DNA of 64,000 nucleotides from positions 263,036 to 327,035 of the forward strand of contig CAVTME010000005.1 in NCBI GenBank assembly GCA_963735755.1, in the 5' to 3' direction. Of the stretch, positions 1 to 8,261 are shown in pieces; the first letter of the stretch is position 1; each line of letters starts with the position of its first letter. The translations under genes and the position numbers were made by a program. The DNA comes from an uncultured Bacteroidota bacterium (GTDB lineage: Bacteria > Bacteroidota > Bacteroidia > Bacteroidales > GCA-2748055). The notes under the pieces are model-generated. The model worked only from the letters and a program-made list of their open reading frames with translations. It made no database searches and was not told where the DNA came from.

Positions 1-305
1 GTGGTAAATCCAATGGTGCCAAAAACAGCCCCAATAATCAGCGTTTTTCTCCTGCCGATTACATCAGCAAGATAACCCGAGGGGATCTCCAACACAACAA
101 TGGCGATGGAATATACAGCCTGCAGTATCATGATATCTTTCATTGAAAGTCCGTTGCTTTCATAAAAGGGAACCACAATGGGCATGTACAGCATGAACCA
201 TTTGGCTGTCTTAATCAGGTATAACCTGATGATATTTGGATGAGTGATTTTGGGCAAATCAGGAAGTGTTTGCGGCAAAACTATTAAATCCGGACCGATC
301 CCCAT
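1..305 (-). CDS. MFS transporter, N-terminal part (3' end runs off the window)
   Basis: The minus-strand frame is open from the window edge to ATG 305..303. Translation MGIGPDLIVLPQTLPDLPKITHPNIIRLYLIKTAKWFMLYMPIVVPFYESNGLSMKDIMILQAVYSIAIVVLEIPSGYLADVIGRRKTLIIGAVFG carries the MFS loop 2-3 signature G-x-L-A-D-x-x-G-R-R. It is missing from the ORF track because there is no stop inside the window. Confidence 0.6.
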   Translation of the reverse strand, partial: MGIGPDLIVLPQTLPDLPKITHPNIIRLYLIKTAKWFMLYMPIVVPFYESNGLSMKDIMILQAVYSIAIVVLEIPSGYLADVIGRRKTLIIGAVFGTIGFT

Positions 306-345
306 GAGATGTTTAAGAAAATATTTATGGAAATGGCTTTGTGCC

Positions 346-353
346 TATATTTG
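346..353 (+). promoter_or_regulatory. Bacteroidota -7 promoter box (TATATTTG)
   Basis: Matches the TAnnTTTG consensus. It lies 18 nt upstream of ATG 371, in the divergent gap between the MFS gene and the dehydratase gene. Confidence 0.3.
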
Positions 354-370
354 AGAGTAAGATATTTCAA

Positions 371-2176
371 ATGGGAATGACAGTAATTGAAAAGATTCTG
401 GCGGCTCATGCAAGCCAGTCGGAAGTTGCACCTGGGGACATCGTGGATGTGGCCATTGATGCACGTGTGGCCCGTGATTTCGGCGGTGCCAACGTTGTGA
501 AGCACATGATGGATCACCACCTGGATCTGGATGATGTGTCCAGAACCTTTTTTACCTTTGATTGCAATCCCACCGGATCGGATCAGAAATATGCCACCAA
601 TCAACAGGTATGCAGGCAATATGCAAGGCAAAGGGGAATCAGGGTATTCGATATAGATAAAGGAATTGGTACCCACGTGCTCATTGAAGAGGGTTTGGCC
701 TGGCCTGGATCAACTGCCGTTTCAACAGACTCCCATGCAAATATCCTTGGGGCAGTGGGAGCATTTGGACAGGGAATGGGTGACAAAGACATTGCAGCAA
801 GCTGGCACCGGGGAACCACCTGGTTCAAGGTGCCTCCTTCGGTAAAAATTATCCTGACAGGAAAACCCGGAACCGACATCTCGGCAAAAGATATCGCCCT
901 GAATCTTCTGGATGAATTTGGAGCCAGCTTTTTGCTTGGTTATGCCATTGAGATTGAAGGGGCAATGGTGGATGCCCTTACCCTTGATCAGCGAATTACC
1001 ATCGCATCCATGGCCACTGAAATGGGAGCCATTATCATCCTCTTCCCACCGAATAATGAGGTGCTCAGTTATTGCGAATCCAGGTCGGGGAAGAAGATCA
1101 CTCCTTTTGTGGCGGATGGTGATGCGATTTATGAGCGCGTCATCAACGTGGATGTATCTAAATTCACATCCAGGATATCACTTCCGGGGAAACCGCATGA
1201 TACTTCAGGTATACCCGAAGCGCGTGTATGGATCGACTCCGCTTTTATCGGCAGTTGCACCAACGGGCGGATTGAGGACATGAGGGCTGCAGCGCAGATC
1301 CTGAAGAACAGGGAAGTGGCCGACGGTGTTGTACTGAAGATTGTGCCTGCCACCGACAGGGTTTGGCAGCAGTGCCTTGAGGAGGGATTGATTGAGGTGT
1401 TCAAGGAAGCCGGTGCACTGGTTTCCAATGCGGGTTGTGCCGGGTGCGCTGCCGGACAAGTGGGACAGAATGGTCCTGGTGAAGTAACTGTGAGTACCGG
1501 TAACAGGAATTTCCCCGGGAAACAGGGATACGGTGATGTTTACCTGGCGTCACCTGAAGTGGTGGCAGCATCGGCCATTGCTGGTTTCATCACAACTCCT
1601 GTAAAAATCCCGGAACAAATAGAAAAGCGGGTCATAGAGCCAATTGAGAAACGCCCTGGCGTCACGGTTCAACCAGAACCTTCTTTGCAGCGTCTTGAAG
1701 AGGTATCTGGCAGGGTTTGGTTTATTCCCAGGGACAACATTGATACGGATATGATCTATCATAACCGCTACCTCTCTGTGACCGAACTATCCGAGATGGG
1801 GCAGTATACATTCGATAACCTCGAAGGATATGAAGATTTTGCCACCCGTGTGAAGGAGGGTGATGTGGTGGTAGTTGGAAAAAATTTCGGTTCCGGCAGT
1901 TCACGGCAGCAGGCTGTGGATTGTTTTGTTTCCCTGGGTGTTCAGTGTGTGATCGCAGCCTCTTTCGGGGCTATATACGAGCGGAATGCCATCAATGCAG
2001 CATTCCCAATTATGAGTTCGGACAGCTTAAGCGAATTGAATCTCGAAGACGGCGAGGAGATCTATGCGAACTTTCGCACCGGTGAGATAAAAAACATAAG
2101 CAAAGGAATCACTCTTGTTACTGCTCCATTCTCAGAAGTACAGATGGAGATTTATCAGAATAACGGATTGTTTTAA
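371..2176 (+). CDS. Aconitase-superfamily dehydratase, fused large (LeuC/HacA-type) and small (LeuD/HacB-type) subunits
   Basis: ORF 341..2176; the probable start is ATG 371 or 377 (MGMTVIEKIL). Motifs: STDSHANILG, IGSCTNGRIEDMR, NAGCAGCAAGQVG and NRNFPGKQG (Fe-S and substrate motifs of the IPM isomerase/homoaconitase large subunit). After a linker of about 30 aa there is a swivel domain of about 165 aa with GKNFGSGSSRQQA. Confidence 0.85.
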   Translation: MGMTVIEKILAAHASQSEVAPGDIVDVAIDARVARDFGGANVVKHMMDHHLDLDDVSRTFFTFDCNPTGSDQKYATNQQVCRQYARQRGIRVFDIDKGIGTHVLIEEGLAWPGSTAVSTDSHANILGAVGAFGQGMGDKDIAASWHRGTTWFKVPPSVKIILTGKPGTDISAKDIALNLLDEFGASFLLGYAIEIEGAMVDALTLDQRITIASMATEMGAIIILFPPNNEVLSYCESRSGKKITPFVADGDAIYERVINVDVSKFTSRISLPGKPHDTSGIPEARVWIDSAFIGSCTNGRIEDMRAAAQILKNREVADGVVLKIVPATDRVWQQCLEEGLIEVFKEAGALVSNAGCAGCAAGQVGQNGPGEVTVSTGNRNFPGKQGYGDVYLASPEVVAASAIAGFITTPVKIPEQIEKRVIEPIEKRPGVTVQPEPSLQRLEEVSGRVWFIPRDNIDTDMIYHNRYLSVTELSEMGQYTFDNLEGYEDFATRVKEGDVVVVGKNFGSGSSRQQAVDCFVSLGVQCVIAASFGAIYERNAINAAFPIMSSDSLSELNLEDGEEIYANFRTGEIKNISKGITLVTAPFSEVQMEIYQNNGLF

Positions 2177-2187
2177 CATTATGAACC

Positions 2188-3222
2188 ATGAGATTAATTA
2201 TCCCTGAGGGCTACAAGCCCCTCATCACTTTGAAAGAGACAGAAAAAGCCATCGAAATGATGAAGGACCATTTTGAGTCAGGCCTGGCATCTGACCTTCG
2301 GCTGAGACGTGTGACCGCCCCGCTGTTCATGCTAAAAGGAACCGGATTGAATGATGATCTTCGTGGCACGGAGATGCCCATCAGTTTCAAAATTAAGGAT
2401 ATGCGTGGTGAGGAGGCAGAAGTGGTCCAGTCCCTTGCCAAATGGAAACGGATGATGCTGAGGGATTACGATATTGAGACGGGATACGGCATCTATGCGG
2501 ACATGAATGCATTGCGTCCCGACGAGGAACTGGACAACCTCCATTCGGTCTATGTGGACCAGTGGGATTGGGAGAAAGCCATATTTCCCGAAGAGAGAAC
2601 CCTGGATATGCTGAAACACGCCGCTCAGAAAGTATGGGACAATGTGAAGAGGAGTGAATTCTTTATTCATACCTTCTATCCCAATGTGCAGCCCTCCCTT
2701 CCGGAAGAACTCACTTTTATCCATTCGGAGCAGCTCTTCGAGAAATATCCTGAGCTGAGCCCCAGGGAGCGGGAGGATAAGATCGCTGAGGAGGAGGGAG
2801 CTGTATTTATTATCGGAATCGGGGCAGATCTTCCCGATGGCAAGCCTCATGACCAGCGGGCACCGGATTATGATGACTGGAGTACTGAAACAGTGAATGG
2901 CTACCGTGGTCTGAACGGGGACATCATTGTATGGAACAGTGTGTTGCAGTGTGCAGCCGAGATCACCTCCATGGGCATCAGGGTGGATAAGGAAGAGATG
3001 ATCAGGCAACTGGAGATTACCGGGGATATGGAACGGACCGAAATGCTGTTTCACCGCAGGCTCCTGAATGACGAATTACCTTCATCCATTGGGGGAGGGA
3101 TCGGTCAGTCAAGAACAGCCATGCAATTGCTGAAAAAAGCCCATATCGGGGAGATACAGTCGGCCACATGGCCCGGCGAAATGGTGGCCCACTGCCGTAA
3201 AAGCAACATCTTCCTTATTTAA
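2188..3222 (+). CDS. asnA: Aspartate--ammonia ligase (asparagine synthetase A)
   Basis: 344 aa, intact. The layout is AsnA-family (class II aaRS-like): N-terminus LKETEKAIEMMKDHFESGLASDLRLRRVTAPLF, and C-terminus SSIGGGIGQSRTAMQLLKKAHIGEIQ. Confidence 0.85.
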   Translation: MRLIIPEGYKPLITLKETEKAIEMMKDHFESGLASDLRLRRVTAPLFMLKGTGLNDDLRGTEMPISFKIKDMRGEEAEVVQSLAKWKRMMLRDYDIETGYGIYADMNALRPDEELDNLHSVYVDQWDWEKAIFPEERTLDMLKHAAQKVWDNVKRSEFFIHTFYPNVQPSLPEELTFIHSEQLFEKYPELSPREREDKIAEEEGAVFIIGIGADLPDGKPHDQRAPDYDDWSTETVNGYRGLNGDIIVWNSVLQCAAEITSMGIRVDKEEMIRQLEITGDMERTEMLFHRRLLNDELPSSIGGGIGQSRTAMQLLKKAHIGEIQSATWPGEMVAHCRKSNIFLI

Positions 3223-3227
3223 GTGCA

Positions 3228-3297
3228 TAGTGCCCAGCACTTAGTACTCAGTACTTAGTGCCCAGTACTTAGTGCCCAGTACTTAGTACACAGTGCG
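3228..3297. repeat. Heptamer array (YAGTRCY)x10, alternating TAGTGCC and CAGTACT
   Basis: Read directly: tagtgcc cagcact tagtact cagtact tagtgcc cagtact tagtgcc cagtact tagtaca cagtgcg. It fills most of the asnA to second-dehydratase intergenic gap. Confidence 0.9.
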
Positions 3298-3322
3298 GTT
3301 TAAAAGATAAATTCCAATTGTT

Positions 3323-5095
3323 ATGTCCAGGACCTTTGTAGAGAAGATATTTGATGCGCCACAGGGAGCCATTGTGTTCAGAAAACCCGACCTGATCCTA
3401 TCCCATGATAATACATCCAGCATCCTGAAGACCTTCGGGCAGATGGGAGGCGAGAAGGTATTTGATCCCGGTCGCCTGGTGGTTGTACTGGACCACAATG
3501 CTCCACCCACCACTTCAGCCCTGGCCAACAATTACAAGGCCATTCGTGATTTTGTGATGGATCAGGGAATTCTAAAATTCCATGATGCAGGGAGTGGGAT
3601 TTGTCACCAGATTATGGCACAGCATGTAAAACCCGGAATGGTGGTGGTGGGAAGTGACAGCCATACCTGCACTGCCGGTGCATTTAATGCCATGGCGGCA
3701 GGGATTGACCGGACCGAGACGGCCGGATTGTGGCTTAGGGGCGAAACCTGGTTCCGGGTTCCCGACTCGCTGAAGATTACCCTGACCGGTAAACTGAAGC
3801 AGGGTGTGTATGCCAAGGATCTGAGTCTTTGGATTATTGGGATACTTGGATCGGCTGGAGCCAATTACCTGTCCATCGAATACCATGGAGACGGCGTTGA
3901 ATCACTGACCATCGCTGACCGTATGACCCTGGCCAACCTGGCTTCGGAGATGGGCGCTAAGAATGCAGTGTTTCCGCCCGACAGGGTGTTGGAAGCGTTC
4001 CTGGGAGAGAAATTTGAAGGTATCTGGGCTGATGAAGGCGCCGCTTATCTGCGTGAGATCACCATAGACCTTGGGGAGATTTACCCCCTTGTGGCGGCTC
4101 CCCATCATGTGGATAACATCATGGCACTGGCAGAGGTCTCCGGGTTGGAGATCCATCAGGGTGTGATCGGAACCTGCACCAATGGCCGAATAGAAGATCT
4201 GCGGGAAGCGGCTGCTGTACTTCAGGGCCAAAAGATCAAGGATGGCATTCAACTGCTGGTTATTCCCGCTTCCAGGGAGATTTACCTGCAGGCCATTGAG
4301 GAAGGCATTATTACTACTTTCCTGGAATCTGGGGCCAATATCCTGAGCTCCTCATGCGGACCGTGCCTGGGAACCGGCCAGGGAATTCCCGCAGACGACA
4401 CCCGGGTGATCTCCTCGGCAAACCGGAATTTCCTGGGCAGGATGGGGAACAAGAATGCTGAAATTTATCTGGCATCTCCCGCAGCTGTTGCATTGAGTGC
4501 TTTGCACGGCAAGATCCGGGATCCAAGAAAAATCACAGGAGCCGAGCGCTTTCCCTACAAGAAGGCACAGGTAAGCAGCATGACCATAGAAGATAACGAA
4601 TTCAGAAGGGAAAAGGGTGTTTGGGACTATGGCGACTGCGATAACCTGAATACCGACCAGATGTTCGCTGGCAACCTTACCTACAAAGTTTCCAGCTCTG
4701 AACCGGCGGGAATCATTCCCCACCTTTTCGAAGGATTTGATCAACGCTTCTCAACGGAAGTCAAGCGTGGAGACATCATCCTGGGCGGGGAGAATTTTGG
4801 CTGCGGCAGCTCACGCGAACACCCTTCAGTGGGACTTGCCCATGTGGGTGTAAGTGCTGTGATTGTCAAATCCGTCAACAGGATCTTCTATCGCTCCGCC
4901 ATCAATCAGGGCCTTCCCCTCATTGTCCATCCCGATGCGGTCGACGCTTACCATACAGGCGATCAGGTGAAGGTGGATTTTAAAGCTGGGATCATTTCCA
5001 TAGGCAAAAACAAGTACCCCTTTGAAGCCCTTCCTGACAAGCTTATGCAGATCCTGGAAAGCAAAGGTCTGGTCAATTGGATCAGGGATCAATAA
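3323..5095 (+). CDS. Aconitase-superfamily dehydratase, fused large + small subunit (paralog of 371..2176)
   Basis: 590 aa, intact. Motifs: GSDSHTCTAGAF, IGTCTNGRIEDLREAA, SSSCGPCLGTGQG, NRNFLGRMG, then a LeuD-like domain with GENFGCGSSREHP. Confidence 0.85.
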   Translation: MSRTFVEKIFDAPQGAIVFRKPDLILSHDNTSSILKTFGQMGGEKVFDPGRLVVVLDHNAPPTTSALANNYKAIRDFVMDQGILKFHDAGSGICHQIMAQHVKPGMVVVGSDSHTCTAGAFNAMAAGIDRTETAGLWLRGETWFRVPDSLKITLTGKLKQGVYAKDLSLWIIGILGSAGANYLSIEYHGDGVESLTIADRMTLANLASEMGAKNAVFPPDRVLEAFLGEKFEGIWADEGAAYLREITIDLGEIYPLVAAPHHVDNIMALAEVSGLEIHQGVIGTCTNGRIEDLREAAAVLQGQKIKDGIQLLVIPASREIYLQAIEEGIITTFLESGANILSSSCGPCLGTGQGIPADDTRVISSANRNFLGRMGNKNAEIYLASPAAVALSALHGKIRDPRKITGAERFPYKKAQVSSMTIEDNEFRREKGVWDYGDCDNLNTDQMFAGNLTYKVSSSEPAGIIPHLFEGFDQRFSTEVKRGDIILGGENFGCGSSREHPSVGLAHVGVSAVIVKSVNRIFYRSAINQGLPLIVHPDAVDAYHTGDQVKVDFKAGIISIGKNKYPFEALPDKLMQILESKGLVNWIRDQ

Positions 5096-5110
5096 ATTTT
5101 CTTTTTTTCT

Positions 5111-5118
5111 TATCTTTG
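5111..5118 (+). promoter_or_regulatory. Bacteroidota -7 promoter box (TATCTTTG) upstream of tRNA-Arg
   Basis: Matches TAnnTTTG. It lies 29 nt upstream of the tRNA 5' end at 5147. Confidence 0.35.
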
Positions 5119-5146
5119 CAGCGCAAAACCGGATTTTTGCTTTCTC

Positions 5147-5220
5147 GGTTCCGTAGCTCAGTTGGACAGAGCAACAGCCTTCTAAGCTGTGGGTCGCGCG
5201 TTCGAATCGCGTCAATCACG
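5147..5220 (+). tRNA. tRNA-Arg(TCT), canonical except for a non-pairing 3' acceptor strand
   Basis: GGTTCCG-TA-GCTC-AGTTGGACA-GAGC-A-ACAGC-CTTCTAA-GCTGT-GGGTC-GCGCG-TTCGAAT-CGCGT-CAATCAC-G. The D, anticodon (UCU) and T arms are canonical. The 3' acceptor CAATCAC pairs with only 2 of the 7 bases of GGTTCCG. Confidence 0.55.
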
Positions 5221-5275
5221 AAACTATACAGCTTCTCGTGACCGCATTCGATTAAGCTTCGCGATGAGATTCTTC

Positions 5276-5353
5276 GGTTCCGTAGACAATCAGTTGGACG
5301 AGCTCAACAGCATTCTAAGCTGTGGGTCGCGCGTTCGAATCGCGCCGGAATCA
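5276..5353 (+). tRNA. Second tRNA-Arg(TCT)-like copy: good acceptor, anticodon and T arms, aberrant D region
   Basis: GGTTCCG...ACAGC-ATTCTAA-GCTGT-GGGTC-GCGCG-TTCGAAT-CGCGC-CGGAATC-A. The acceptor stem pairs 7/7 (one G.U). The D region GACAATCAGTTGGACGAGCTC cannot form a D stem. Its 3' end runs into the first terminator hairpin. Confidence 0.4.
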
Positions 5354-5387
5354 CAAAAACACCGCCTTCGGGCGGTTTTTTTGTGAT
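5350..5387 (+). terminator. Intrinsic terminator hairpin (array copy 1)
   Basis: ATCACAAAAACACCGCC-TTCG-GGCGGTTTTTTTGTGAT. GC core with a UUCG loop and a T-run. The long A/T extension makes it potentially bidirectional. Confidence 0.7.
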
Positions 5388-5552
5388 CACGAGGGACGAA
5401 GTCCCGAGTAATCACTCAGGTAGCGATGAGAACCTTCGAACCGAGACAACGTAGTTGTCGAGCTCATAAGCATACGGAGTATGCGAATAATTGCGCCGGA
5501 ACCGAATCCACCAAAGGTGGATGAGCTCATGACTGAGCGAAGTGAAGGAATA

Positions 5553-5590
5553 ATCACAAAAACACCGCCTTCGGGCGGTTTTTTTGTGAT
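5553..5590 (+). terminator. Intrinsic terminator hairpin (array copy 2)
   Basis: Same sequence as 5350-5387, 203 nt downstream. Confidence 0.7.
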
Positions 5591-5755
5591 CACGAGGGAC
5601 GAAGTCCCGAGTAATCACTTAGGTAGCGATGAGAACCTTCGAACCGAGACAACGTAGTTGTCGAGCTCATGAGCATACGGAGTGTGCGAATAATTGCGCC
5701 GGAACCGAATCCACCAAAGGTGGATGAGCTCATGACTGAGCGAAGTGAAGGAATA

Positions 5756-5793
5756 ATCACAAAAACACCGCCTTCGGGCGGTGTTTTTGTGAT
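5756..5793 (+). terminator. Intrinsic terminator hairpin (array copy 3)
   Basis: CACCGCC-TTCG-GGCGGTG followed by TTTTTG. It lies about 30 nt beyond the stop of the convergent tail-fibre-like gene, so it may terminate both strands. Confidence 0.65.
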
Positions 5794-5821
5794 AACGAGG
5801 GACGAAGTCCCGAGAAAGCTA

Positions 5822-8113
5822 CTACTTCATACCATCTATTTGTCTTTCAAGCTCAGAAACCTTCTGAATTAGTTCCTCAATGATGGCCTTCTGCTCCCTG
5901 CTCTCTTCGGTGAGTTCCTGGATGGCTTTTATGGCCACTACGGTCGCCGGGTGGCCATCCAGTTGCAGGAGTGGATCCTCATCTCCATCCAGACTTCCGC
6001 CCCCTTTCTGGACATATTGAGGAAAAACCTCCCTGTATTCTTGAGCGATGTAATTGTAGTAGGTCTTGTCCTTAACAGATGGGTTCATTTGCATCCAGTC
6101 CTCGGTATAATTGTAGCGGACTGGTCGCAGCCTGGCAATCAGGTCACAGGCATTTTCGATATCCGCCACGTTGGTTTTGATTCTTGCATCGGAGTTGGCC
6201 AGCCATTCCCCGGGGGTTGTTTTTGATACTTCACCAGCCACTTCAAGCGCGTTATCGGTGGCCATCATTCCTACTCCCAACTGGCGGTTAATTTGTACCC
6301 GGTTATTATAGAACTCACCATATATCAGTGCATTATCTGATGTGTTGTTGTCAATATCAATATATAATATCCCATCCCTGCTTTCATCCATACCAACCTT
6401 GTTACCAATAAAGACATTATCCTTTCCATTACAATTGAAACCGGAAAGGGTGCCGATAAAGACATTTGATTCTCCTGTATTATTATTAAAACCAGACCCG
6501 TCACCTATGAACACATTATTGCTTCCTGATGCATGATCCCACCCAGCATTCTGGCCAACAAAAACGTTTGTATTGCCGCTTACATTGCTTCGCCCAGCAT
6601 TCAGACCTACAAAAACATTTCCAAACGCATCTACATTCTGCTCACCTGAATAGGCTCCAATAAAGGTGTTGGCTTCTCCATTTACATTTCTACTACCGGA
6701 TCCATGTCCTAAAAATGTATTAACGGATCCATGTTCGTTGTTTTCCCCGGTTGAATTACCAACAAACACATTGGCTGATCCTCCCGAATTCCTGAGCCCG
6801 CTTAAATTTCCAATAAAAATATTTGCCCCCGAAGTATCTGATTCATATCCCGCCATATGTCCCAAAAATATATTGGTCCCTCCCCATACATTATTTGCCC
6901 CGGCGCCTGATCCAATAAATACATTCCATGAATCTAGCGCATGCGAACCTGCTTCATTGTCCAATGTAAACATTGCTATGACCGGATAAATTATTCTTGC
7001 CTGCGAAAATTCCCATGAATAAATTGTTGAATCCATCCACATTAGATTGTCCTGCATTGGGACCAATAAATGAATTAGATCCCCCACTGGTATTCTGTTG
7101 TCCGCTTCTCTCTCCGATGAAAATATTACCATTACCTGTGCTAGTGTTTGCTCCGCTCTCGTAACCAATAAAACTGTTATGTGAGCCTGAGGTGATAGCC
7201 TCTCCCGCCCTGTGACCAATAAAATAATTCTCTCTTGTGAGATTAAAGAGACTGGTTCCCTGATCCAGCTCTCCTCCAAACGTTGATTTCGTTTTAATTG
7301 ACAGGGCACCGGAATAGGAATCTACAGGTTGATCTGAAACCATGAGGAAGTTTGCACTGTCGGGTTTAAGCTCAAAATAGTTGTCAGTAGTGCCTTTGGT
7401 CTTGCGCGAATAACCACCCACAGCAAATCCGCCTTTCTTGCCTTTGGTGTTCTCTTCATCAAAATAGAGCCGGATGCTGTCTGGCGATACATGCATGTAC
7501 TCCTGGGTGATCCCCTTGTGCTTCCGGGAATAGCCTCCCACAGCAAATCCGCCTTTTTTGCCTTTGGCTTCCTCATCCAGCACATAAATCCTGGTTCCCT
7601 CTGGGTAAACTGCAAAGACAGTCTGGCCTTCTGCATTACGCACTTCAAACAGTGCTGAATCCACAGGGTGCCCGGCCTCCTCCTGCACCGTGAATTTCCT
7701 TGTGGGACTGGAGATGTTTCCAGAATAAAGTGAATAGGGAACTGAAATCATTTGCGATGTCCCAAGGTGGTCGTAGGAACTGCCTCCTGAAGGATCCACT
7801 TCTACCTTCAGGAAATGTAGATTCTCTCCCCACAAAATGTCTTCAAATGCTCCGCTGCTTACGGAGCCTTCACCGATGACCAGGTTGGCAAGTCCCACCG
7901 CATTGGTGGTCACTGTATGGGTCTCCACATACACTTGGGATCCATTGGCTGATCCCTCAAGGATGCTCATTTGAAAAGAAACATCCTGGTTGGAGATCAC
8001 AACATGTTGTGCATTACGCACCACTGCCTGATAGTTAAACTTCTGGGGACTTGCGCACTTGTGCAAAACACAATGCTGAGAATCATTGAGATAAGAAATG
8101 CTCTTTTTTTCAT
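5822..8113 (-). pseudogene. Tail-fibre-domain protein with C-terminal peptidase S74 intramolecular-chaperone domain; two frameshifts
   Basis: Signal peptide MKKRAFLISMILSIVFCTSAQ from ATG 8113, then a frame change at the C4 run 8045-8048 into ORF 6954..8066 (PQKFNYQAVVRN...). The N-x-F-I-G-x-x-AG repeats continue across a second frame change at about 6959 into ORF 5822..7309. The C-terminus SDARIKTNV...LRPVRYNY...QLDGHPATVVAIKAIQEL plus a coiled coil is the S74 autoproteolytic chaperone domain. Confidence 0.8.
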
Positions 8114-8261
8114 TACACTTGGGTTTTAGGAGTACAAACTCAAGTTACGAAAATTGTAGCTACAATGTCAAGTATTTAGCTGACTATTAATGATTTAATA
8201 GAGCATTCATCCTTCTCGTTTGTTATTCAAGGCAGTAGCTTGACTGCTTGAGCTTGAATCC

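Larger units (their letters stand above)
5351..5815 (+). repeat. Tandem array of a 203-bp tRNA-derived, hairpin-rich unit (2 full copies + 1 partial)
   Basis: Units at 5351-5553 and 5554-5756 differ by 3 substitutions. A partial third copy runs from 5757 to about 5815. The period was measured from the recurring TCACAAAAACACCGCC at 5351, 5554 and 5757. Confidence 0.95.

Noticed and set aside
284-676. ORF 284..676 on the minus strand (130 aa).
   Set aside because: It overlaps the dehydratase gene in antisense. The real minus-strand gene here is the MFS transporter in another frame, starting at 305.
2332-3054. Long antisense ORFs opposite well-supported genes. Examples: 2332..3054 (240 aa, opposite asnA), 54425..55303 (292 aa, opposite the M23 peptidase), 18667..19275, 43979..44566, 34505..35038, 47598..48032.
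   Set aside because: Their translations are low-complexity or biased, with no recognisable motifs. They mirror intact family-typical genes on the other strand, so they are typical shadow ORFs.
5351-5815. The array considered as a CRISPR array or retron msr/msd.
   Set aside because: The units are contiguous 203-bp repeats with no unique spacers. There are no cas genes or reverse transcriptase anywhere in the window.
5387-5872. Small ORFs inside the 203-bp array (5387..5593, 5412..5618, 5669..5872), considered as possible repeated peptides.
   Set aside because: They read straight through terminator stems and hairpins on both strands, and they differ in frame between copies. RNA or DNA structure explains the conservation better.
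6954-6973. Programmed ribosomal frameshift in the tail-fibre-like gene.
   Set aside because: There is no slippery heptamer or downstream structure at the site. The same region has dozens of other frame breaks, so mutation or error is the simpler explanation.
5822-8113. Prophage remnant integrated at tRNA-Arg, suggested by the tail-fibre/S74 gene.
   Set aside because: There is no integrase, capsid, terminase, portal or baseplate gene nearby. Tail-fibre-domain/S74 proteins with signal peptides are common stand-alone chromosomal genes in Bacteroidota.
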